Source of the DNA: a virus
Lineage: Duplodnaviria; Caudoviricetes
Reading direction: 5' to 3' (one strand)
DNA: 64,000 bases
Virus record (IMG/VR): IMGVR_UViG_3300037424_001630
Location: 13,533-77,532 of that record
Positions 8,917 through 16,711 of this stretch are shown here, piece after piece. The position numbers and the translations under genes are program-made. Position 1 is the first letter of the stretch, and each line of letters begins with the position of its first letter. The notes below the pieces were generated by a model. The model saw nothing but the letters and a program-made list of their open reading frames with translations. It searched no databases and was not told the DNA's origin.

Positions 8917-11900
8917 TGGCGCCGGCGCGCGCGACCGCGAAGGGTCGAAAGCTCGACTTCCGCACCGAGTTCCAGGGGATCCCGGTCAGCGTCGAGACGC
9001 GCCGGGGTGCGCTCCGCCACTGGCACGACCCGCTGACCGGGCGCGACGGGGCGACGAAGATGCCCCACCACTACGGGTACATCCTCCTGACCGAGGGCGC
9101 CGACGGGGACCACGTCGACTGCTTCGTCGGCCCGGTCGAGGACGCGGCGAGCGCCTACGTCGTGCGGCAGAACGACCCGAAGACGGGGGAGTACGACGAG
9201 GACAAGGTCATGCTCGGCTTCGCCAGCGTCGCGGACGCGAAGGCGGCGTACCTGGCGTCGCGCGACGACGGTTCGAGGGCTTTCGGCTCGATCGTCCCCA
9301 TGCCGATGGAGCGGTTCAAGCAGCGTGTCCTGGAGGCCCGCGGCGGTCCCGTGAGGAAGTACGACGAGGCGGAGCACCCCAGGGACGAGCAGGGACAGTG
9401 GACCGAGTCAGGAGGCGCGTCGTCGGACGACTTCACGGACGCGAAGAGCGACATCGACGACGCGGACGGTCCGGCGCGGATACAGGCAGCGCTCTCGCAC
9501 TACGGCGCGCGCCCGCTCAAGATCAGGGGCGAGGCAGTGCCGAACCTGTACGTCACATCGGACCTCGTCGTGGAGTGGAACGGCGCGGACCGCTTCGCGT
9601 CAGTGTACGAGAAGGCGGAGTGGGTCGACCGGACCGACCCCGAGGACTTCTACCCGGACTATCAAGACCAGTTCAACGACGACTTCTGGGCGTCCGGCGG
9701 CGAGGTGTACCACGCCACCGACGAGGAGAACGCGGCGGGGATCGAGAGCGACGGCATCGAGGCGAGCAGCCGGACGCGCGGGCTCTCCAACCGCGGGGTG
9801 GGAGCCGCGGTGTTCACGACGAGTGACGTGGAGGAGACGGAGCTGGGGTCGTACGGTCCGGCCGTCTTCAAGATTGACGTAGCCGCGATGGCTCGCGACG
9901 GCGTGAAGCCGTACGCCTCACAGGAGCCCGACGTGGTGGCGTACGAGCTGAAGGGCGCCCTGGCGGCGGCCGTCGAGCTGGACGACTACTCGCCGGAGGA
10001 GCCGGAGTCGGGCATGTCGGTCCACACCGTCATTCTGGGCGGGAGCGTCCCAGCGAAGTACGTGAGCCGCCTCGAATCGGGCAAGGCGTACCACGCGAAG
10101 CGCGCGAGGTTCAACCCCAATCGGATCGTCGAGAAGTACGACGAGAGCGAGCACCCGCGGGACGAGTCGGGGAGGTGGACCGAGGGCGGAGGCGGAGGTG
10201 GGACCGCGGTCACTGACGACCCCGAGGCGAGCGCCGAGCGCTGGGCGAAGGAGCTCGGCGCGACGTGGAACGGCGTCCAGGAGGGCGCGGACGGCAAGCC
10301 GAAGTACGCGATGATGACGGAGGGGCGCACGCACTCCACCGCCGCGGTCCCGCTCGAGGGCATAACTCGCGACAAAGTCGCGACGAAGTTGCGACAGGTC
10401 CGCGAGCGCTTCGGCCTGACGGAGGAGCGAGACGTCATTGAGCGCCCCGCCGAGGAGGGCGAGGAGGGCGACGTCGTGCTCCGGGTGGGGCGGACCCACG
10501 TGTACATCGGCGACTATCCCGTTCCGGGGAGCGGGCCTGCGGCGGAAGATCCCACGCGGCCGGGCAAAGCGGCGAACGTCTCCATCGCCCGGCACAGCCC
10601 CACGCCCGATTGGATGGGGTACGACAAGGAGCCCGACCCCGTCGAGACTCGCCGCGCCCTGGTCGGGAGCGTGAAGTGGCTGCGGGAGCACGGCTACACG
10701 TACCTGACCGCGGTCGCCGTCAACCCCGGCGTTCACTCGCTCCTCGAGCGCCTGGGCGCCACGAAGGAGCCCGGCACGGGGCGCCAGTGGCTCCCGCTGT
10801 CCGCGATCCGCAAGGCGGTGTGGGACGAGGTGGAGAAGGACGTCTTCGGCACGTCCGGCACCGCCGGCATCCTCGCGCCGGAGCAGGGCGTGTTCAGGAA
10901 GCCGCGGCGTTCGCGTCCCGCGAACAAGGCGGAGGGGATAGGCATCCCGCTGACGGTCGCCAAGTCGCAGCGGGTGGACGCCGGGTTCGTCACCGCGGAC
11001 GGGACCGTGCTGCGCATGGATCCCGATATGGAACACGAGGACTTCCTCAAGTCGCTGCCCGCCGCGCAGCGTCCCGCTGGCACTCGTCCTGGGCGCGACA
11101 TGATCCTCGAGGCTCATCGAGCCGGGTGGGTGCGCTGGTCCCAGTTCAGGTACGCCTCGACGCGCCCGACGCTCATGCTGAGCTTCGCGGCGGGGAACCC
11201 CGCGGGCGCCGAGAACGCGAGGAAGTTGATCGCGCAGCGCCCCGCGATGGGGAAGTACGTCGTCGACGCCGAGGACGTCCATTCCGGGGGCGGTCCGGTG
11301 TCGTCGAGGGTGTTCGAGTCGAGTGCGGACGCTATGGTTCACGTGGTGGCCATCGGTGGTGCCGGTGGAGGCGGGGCATTCGACGAGTCGGAGCACCCTC
11401 GGGACGAGGAGGGGAAGTGGGTCGACAAGGACCGCGACGGGGACAGCTTCTCGGTCGGTCCCGGCGTCGTGGGGGGGCACCGTTTCGTGGTCGGGCGCCT
11501 CGAGGGCGGGAGGATCGTCGAGGACAAGGAGCACCCGCGGGTCAACCCCTACGAGGCGATCTTCCAGCGCCGCGGCGCCCGCGTCGGCGGCTCCGTCGAG
11601 AAGTACAGCGCGGACCAGCCTCGAGACGAGCAGGGCCAGTGGTCCGGCTCATCGAGCGCGACACGGAACGACCCGAACGGGTGGCTGAAGCCGGCGACCG
11701 GGGATCTGCTGCAGAACGAGGGGCGCATGCACGTCGAGCACGCGCACGACCTCGGCTTTAGCGGCGGCCCCGAGATGCTGGACGAGGGGTACGTGCGCGT
11801 GACCGCGGAGCGGGACGCCTCGGGGAGTAGGCGACCTATTTTTGGGCTACACTTCCGGGACGGCAACGCCGCCGCGATAGCGGGCGCTCGATCGTTTGTG

Positions 11901-14705
11901 GAGCGGTACGCGGGCGGGCGGTGGTATCGCTTCGACGTGGAGCGGAAGGGTGGAGAATCGAAGAGCTATGCCGCTGCGACACAGCAGGAAGCGCTCGACT
12001 ACCTGGACGGCAAGGTCGGGAAGGCCAAGGTCGAGAAGGCGTACGACGAGTCGCTCCACCCGCGCGACGAGTCGGGCAGGTGGAGCGAGGGCGGCGGGGC
12101 TGCGGTGGAGCATATCAGGGCCGGCGTCGCGAGCGCGGTCGAGGCGGTCCCGGGCAGGGCGGCGCACGGGCGCACGGCGGAGAACGCGTTCGTCCTGACC
12201 CGCGACGGCAAGGTGTACGCCTGGAACAGGCAGGGCGAGATCGCGGACCGGCGCGAGGTGACGACCGTTCACAGCCATTCCGCCGACTCGGGACACGACC
12301 CCGCCACTCTGGAGGACTTCCAACCCCTCAACTCGAGGGACATCAAGAGCTTCCTCCAGGACACCGGGGCGCGCACCGACGCCATCATCATGGCGGACGG
12401 GCGCCTGGAGTTGCTGCACAAGCGGAACGACCCGGCGTTGTACGTGAAGCTGGGGAAGCGAACCAAGTGGCTCGACGCGACCCTGCATCCGACGTATCAG
12501 GAGCGCCAGGCGTACTACGAGCAGCACAAGGACGAACCCGGCTACAGCATGTACAATCAGGAGCGTGAGCGGCTGAGCGCCTTCGCGGCGGCGCACGGGC
12601 TGGACTACCACGACGACCTCCGATGGCGCGGCGTCGAGAAGGCGTACGAGGAGAGCGAGCACCCCAGGGACGAGTCGGGTAGGTGGACGGACGCGGGCGG
12701 ATCCGCGAGCGGCGCGACCGACGTTGAATGGCGCGGGTGGACCGAGCGACCCGAGGGGGACTACGCGAACCCCGAGCAGGATAGGTACGTCGAGAACGTC
12801 GCGCACCTGTCGGGGTGGAACGGGCAGGTCGTCACGCGGGCGGGCAACGGCCCGAAGTTCACGGTCGGCGGGAAGGAGTTCATCGAGGGCGGACACTACG
12901 ACCCGCGGACGGACCAGGTCGTGATCTACATAGACAAGGAGCCGCGCGAGGGCGCCGAGCAGATCGCGGTGCACGAGGCGTCCCACGGGCTGTGGCACGC
13001 GGCGAAGCCGGAGCTCGACAAGCAGCTCGACGCCGTGAGGGACATCGCCACCGCCGCGGCCGGGGGGGTGCCTCCTCCGCCAGGTCTGACGCCGAAGGAG
13101 ACGAAGAACTGGCCGTACCTCAGCCCGGCGGACGATCGGATACACCCGCTGCTGAAGGAGAAGTACCCGCTCGCCTACGCGTACCGGGAGCTGATGGAGA
13201 GCGAGTGGGTCGCCACGGGGAAGCGCGTCTCCCCCTACGCGGCTGCCTGGTGGGCCGCCCACGAGGCCGGGGACGCGGCATCCATGCCGGCGGTCAACGA
13301 GACGCTCGCGGAGATCAGCGCGCAGACGAGGAGGTGGGGCCTCGACACGTTCGACTCCCCCATGTTCAAGGAGTGGAAGGCGTTCCACCACGAGGTCATG
13401 AAGGCCGGCCGCGCCCACGTCGCGCCCCCCGTCACCACGGCGGCGTCGAAGGCCGCGGAGAGAGTCGTCGTGATCGGCCCGGACGGGCGCGGCGAGGTGC
13501 ACGAGGCTGACGGTACGGTGCGGTGGCTGCGCCCCGCGCCCGTCGAGAAGGACTACGACGAGGCGGAGCACCCCAGGGACGAGCAGGGACAGTGGACCGA
13601 CGCCGGCGGCGGGGCGGCGTCCGCGGGTGCGGGCGGAGCCCTCGGGGAGCGGGGGGGCACGTTCGAGTCCCGGAGTGCGTACGAAGCCCTCCAGCGCTCG
13701 ACCCACGCGGCGTGGGCTCGGAGGGGGGCGGCCCTCGACGCCGCGGCGAAGGCGAAGAACCGCTTCGAGGCGGCCGGGCACATCGCGACCGCGGGGCTCG
13801 CGGCGCGCGACGAGCTGAACGAGGTCATCGCTCAATATGGGATCCAAGCCGGGCAGGCGACGCTTCTGCCGAACAGGGCGGCGGTCCAGGCGACCATGCT
13901 GCTCAACGAGCACGACGCCCTGAGCAGCGCGGCGAGGACGGTCGACGACAAGTCGGTGCGGAACTGGCGGGCGAGCCTGCGGGAGTACTACCGCGAGCCG
14001 TATCTGGACTTCGGGAACTCCCGGACCGACGGGAAGGGGTACGAACGCGTCGCGTCCGGCAGCGGGTACTACTCGACCGGCGCCGTGGAGTGGGCTGGCG
14101 GCGGTGCGAACCCCGAGTCGCCGTCGTGGACGGACGAGGAGCTGGCCGACATCGCGCAGGACCTAAAGGGGCTCCCCCCGATCGACGACGTCCGCCCGCT
14201 CGTGCTCTTGACGACTTTCATGTCCCTCGACCAGGCGGGATCGCGCGGCGGATCTGAAATGCCGGAGTATACTGGGATCATCACGATACAGGCGTCGTCG
14301 CGCGCCGAGGACGCCAGGCAGACGGTGCTCCACGAGTTCGGCCACGAGGCGGTGTACTCGGCTATCCGCGGGTACGGGAGGCGGAGCGACGCCGGCAAGT
14401 GGGACGACCCGAACTACACGCCCGGCGACGCGGTTCGGGCCTTCGAGAAGGACCACGCCGCCCTGGCGGCCAGCCCGGACCGAGCGCAGCGCTTCCGCAT
14501 GGACACCGGCGGGGGGCGCTCGTGGGGCGGGCCGGAGGAGTTGTTCGCCGAGGACTTCGCGACGGCGTTCAGCGGTCGACCGACGAACCGCTTCGGCAAG
14601 GAGAGCGTGGGGAACGTGGAGGCTCTGACGCCGGAGGAGCGCGAGAAGTTCAAGGCGTGGATCGTCGCCGCTACCGCTAGCTCGCCGCGCCCGACGAGGG
14701 AATGA
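8916..14705 (+). CDS. polyvalent protein 3 (~1929 aa): inorganic pyrophosphatase, ART-like, GNAT-like, 2x PDG-H domain, JAB-like, 2x zincin
   Basis: TGATG coupling; HYGYI..TEGADGDHVDCFVGP...DEDKVMLGF; YHAT; HSHS; HEASH; HEFGH...EELFAE; 7 PRD tags. Confidence 0.9.
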   Translation: MAPARATAKGRKLDFRTEFQGIPVSVETRRGALRHWHDPLTGRDGATKMPHHYGYILLTEGADGDHVDCFVGPVEDAASAYVVRQNDPKTGEYDEDKVMLGFASVADAKAAYLASRDDGSRAFGSIVPMPMERFKQRVLEARGGPVRKYDEAEHPRDEQGQWTESGGASSDDFTDAKSDIDDADGPARIQAALSHYGARPLKIRGEAVPNLYVTSDLVVEWNGADRFASVYEKAEWVDRTDPEDFYPDYQDQFNDDFWASGGEVYHATDEENAAGIESDGIEASSRTRGLSNRGVGAAVFTTSDVEETELGSYGPAVFKIDVAAMARDGVKPYASQEPDVVAYELKGALAAAVELDDYSPEEPESGMSVHTVILGGSVPAKYVSRLESGKAYHAKRARFNPNRIVEKYDESEHPRDESGRWTEGGGGGGTAVTDDPEASAERWAKELGATWNGVQEGADGKPKYAMMTEGRTHSTAAVPLEGITRDKVATKLRQVRERFGLTEERDVIERPAEEGEEGDVVLRVGRTHVYIGDYPVPGSGPAAEDPTRPGKAANVSIARHSPTPDWMGYDKEPDPVETRRALVGSVKWLREHGYTYLTAVAVNPGVHSLLERLGATKEPGTGRQWLPLSAIRKAVWDEVEKDVFGTSGTAGILAPEQGVFRKPRRSRPANKAEGIGIPLTVAKSQRVDAGFVTADGTVLRMDPDMEHEDFLKSLPAAQRPAGTRPGRDMILEAHRAGWVRWSQFRYASTRPTLMLSFAAGNPAGAENARKLIAQRPAMGKYVVDAEDVHSGGGPVSSRVFESSADAMVHVVAIGGAGGGGAFDESEHPRDEEGKWVDKDRDGDSFSVGPGVVGGHRFVVGRLEGGRIVEDKEHPRVNPYEAIFQRRGARVGGSVEKYSADQPRDEQGQWSGSSSATRNDPNGWLKPATGDLLQNEGRMHVEHAHDLGFSGGPEMLDEGYVRVTAERDASGSRRPIFGLHFRDGNAAAIAGARSFVERYAGGRWYRFDVERKGGESKSYAAATQQEALDYLDGKVGKAKVEKAYDESLHPRDESGRWSEGGGAAVEHIRAGVASAVEAVPGRAAHGRTAENAFVLTRDGKVYAWNRQGEIADRREVTTVHSHSADSGHDPATLEDFQPLNSRDIKSFLQDTGARTDAIIMADGRLELLHKRNDPALYVKLGKRTKWLDATLHPTYQERQAYYEQHKDEPGYSMYNQERERLSAFAAAHGLDYHDDLRWRGVEKAYEESEHPRDESGRWTDAGGSASGATDVEWRGWTERPEGDYANPEQDRYVENVAHLSGWNGQVVTRAGNGPKFTVGGKEFIEGGHYDPRTDQVVIYIDKEPREGAEQIAVHEASHGLWHAAKPELDKQLDAVRDIATAAAGGVPPPPGLTPKETKNWPYLSPADDRIHPLLKEKYPLAYAYRELMESEWVATGKRVSPYAAAWWAAHEAGDAASMPAVNETLAEISAQTRRWGLDTFDSPMFKEWKAFHHEVMKAGRAHVAPPVTTAASKAAERVVVIGPDGRGEVHEADGTVRWLRPAPVEKDYDEAEHPRDEQGQWTDAGGGAASAGAGGALGERGGTFESRSAYEALQRSTHAAWARRGAALDAAAKAKNRFEAAGHIATAGLAARDELNEVIAQYGIQAGQATLLPNRAAVQATMLLNEHDALSSAARTVDDKSVRNWRASLREYYREPYLDFGNSRTDGKGYERVASGSGYYSTGAVEWAGGGANPESPSWTDEELADIAQDLKGLPPIDDVRPLVLLTTFMSLDQAGSRGGSEMPEYTGIITIQASSRAEDARQTVLHEFGHEAVYSAIRGYGRRSDAGKWDDPNYTPGDAVRAFEKDHAALAASPDRAQRFRMDTGGGRSWGGPEELFAEDFATAFSGRPTNRFGKESVGNVEALTPEEREKFKAWIVAATASSPRPTRE

Positions 14706-16711
14706 TGGAGATCAGCTCACAGGCCGTCGTGTTTGACTCCCGCAACCGGGCGCTTCTCTACCTGGTGGAGCGGGGGCGCAGTCCCGACGTGATGGGCAAG
14801 TGGTCCGTCGGCTGGGCCGCTCCGCGTTCGTTCGCCCCCCTCGCCCCGGAGCGCGAGTACGCGATGCTCCACCCCGACGGTGCCGGTCGGCGCATCTTCG
14901 CCCTCCGCTCCCGCGTGGCGAAGGAGTACGTCGAGTCCGAGCATCCCCGGGACGAGGACGGGAAGTGGACGGACGCCGGCGGCGCCCCGCACGCGGGTGA
15001 CCCCGAAGCCATGCGGGTCGTCCAGGCGGAGCTCGGCTGGCGCCCCGAGGTGCGGGACGAGGAGGGTCAGAAGGACGTCGAGATGCTGCACCGCCTCGTC
15101 GAGGAGCGAAAGGCCGCGGTCCCGCGCATGGACGCGCTGTCGAAGACGCTGGAGGGGGAGGAGGTCTCCGGACATGTAGCGCAGAACTGGGACAGCTTGA
15201 GCAGCTCGGCGCAGGCGGAAGCCGAGCAAGCATGGAAGGAAGGCAACTACTCCAGCTCCTATGAAGCCGAGGTGGAGAGCTGGAGGGAGGGGCTCCCCTC
15301 CGAGATCGAGGAGGCGATGTCCCTGACTCGCGACGACTGGCGGTATGAGGGCCTGAAGGAGGCCCTCACGGACTACGGGTTCACCGCGGAGTCGGTGGAC
15401 GCCACGATCAAGGAGTATGACCCGAGGGCGATGGACGCGGCGGACTGGAACAAGGCTATCAAGGAGGAGTACATAGCCGGGCGCCTGGTCCACGTCGATG
15501 ACGCGCCAGCCAATTTCCTCGCGGGCGGTGATGATCCGGAGAAGCAGCCCGAGCTGCCTGGCGTCCCGCCGCCGACCCCGGAGGAGATCGCGGCCTATCG
15601 CGAGCGCCAGCGGGCGCGCATGACGCGGGAGTGGGACAGCGAGACGCACGCCGTCACGGCCGACGTCAATAAGGCGTGGGAGGAGGAGGTCCAGAGGCGC
15701 ATCGACCACGAAGATCCGCCTGACTACCTCGAGGAGTCCGTGCACGAGTTCCTGGACGACCAGTGGTCCCAGATGAGCGACGAGGACAAGTACGCTGAGG
15801 CCCCCGACAGCTCGAAGGAGGACGGTGCGGGCGACGAGGCTGGGATCGTCCGCATGCCGAAGAATGTCAAGACGATCGCCGACGGCGAGGACTACGAGAA
15901 GACGAGGCTGCTCCTGCGCTCGATGGTCAACTCTCGCGCCGCTGAGCTGTTCAAGGAGAGGGGGATAGACGCGGACCCGCAGGCGGTCGCGGACGAGCTG
16001 TGGGAGGGGTGGAAGGGGTCGTCTGGCAACCCGATCGGGTCCCTGCTCCGCCGGGCGATCAAGGAGGAGTTCGGTACGTGGGATGCGGGTCGAGGCGCGC
16101 CTCCCGGAGGGCTGAGCATTTCGGGATCCGACGTGAGGATGGACCCGCAGGACGCGATGAAAGTGGCGAAGGCGTACGTGCGGGCGCAGTGGGAGGCGAC
16201 GCAGTGGGCGCTCGCGAACACGAAGGACGAGAAGGGCGGGAAGCTCGGCGGCATGCTCCTGTACCGTGGTCTGATGAGACCCGGAGATGAGGTGGCGGAT
16301 AGCGGCATGTCCGTTCCCGGGGAGAGCTCGTCGGGACATCCGGTGACGTACCGCCGTGTGTACACGAAATCGTCCGGGAAGGCGCTGTCGGCCAACGCGC
16401 TGCAGTCCTTCACCACGAAGTCGACGCTCGCGAATAGCTGGAACGGAGTGAACGTAGAGCCCATGGCGACGCCGACCCGAGTGGTGGTGCGCGCCCTGGT
16501 CCCGAATGAGGCGATCTTCTCCCTGCCCGCCTACGGGAAGAACATCCACGAGGAGCAGGAGGTTGTCGTCATGGGCGCCCCGCTGGAGGCGTGGGACGCC
16601 TGGTACACCCTCGCGCCGACCGGCGGGAATATACCGTTCCCCCGCACCCGCCGTACCGGGGTGTCCGCGCTCGGCAGGACTTTCGCGGAGAAGGGGATAG
16701 GTACGACATGA
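14702..16711 (+). CDS. polyvalent protein 4 (669 aa): acidic helical region + C-terminal R-S-E ADP-ribosyltransferase
   Basis: ATGA overlap; VAK+PRD tag; LYRG...LQSFTT...EEQEVVV. Confidence 0.85.
   Translation: MMEISSQAVVFDSRNRALLYLVERGRSPDVMGKWSVGWAAPRSFAPLAPEREYAMLHPDGAGRRIFALRSRVAKEYVESEHPRDEDGKWTDAGGAPHAGDPEAMRVVQAELGWRPEVRDEEGQKDVEMLHRLVEERKAAVPRMDALSKTLEGEEVSGHVAQNWDSLSSSAQAEAEQAWKEGNYSSSYEAEVESWREGLPSEIEEAMSLTRDDWRYEGLKEALTDYGFTAESVDATIKEYDPRAMDAADWNKAIKEEYIAGRLVHVDDAPANFLAGGDDPEKQPELPGVPPPTPEEIAAYRERQRARMTREWDSETHAVTADVNKAWEEEVQRRIDHEDPPDYLEESVHEFLDDQWSQMSDEDKYAEAPDSSKEDGAGDEAGIVRMPKNVKTIADGEDYEKTRLLLRSMVNSRAAELFKERGIDADPQAVADELWEGWKGSSGNPIGSLLRRAIKEEFGTWDAGRGAPPGGLSISGSDVRMDPQDAMKVAKAYVRAQWEATQWALANTKDEKGGKLGGMLLYRGLMRPGDEVADSGMSVPGESSSGHPVTYRRVYTKSSGKALSANALQSFTTKSTLANSWNGVNVEPMATPTRVVVRALVPNEAIFSLPAYGKNIHEEQEVVVMGAPLEAWDAWYTLAPTGGNIPFPRTRRTGVSALGRTFAEKGIGTT

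Noticed and set aside
11847-16549. Long minus-strand ORFs (e.g. 11847-13913, 14717-16549, also 37608-39665, 44247-45890)
   Set aside because: Shadow frames of GC-rich plus-strand genes; Arg/Pro/Gly-rich with no motifs or SD.
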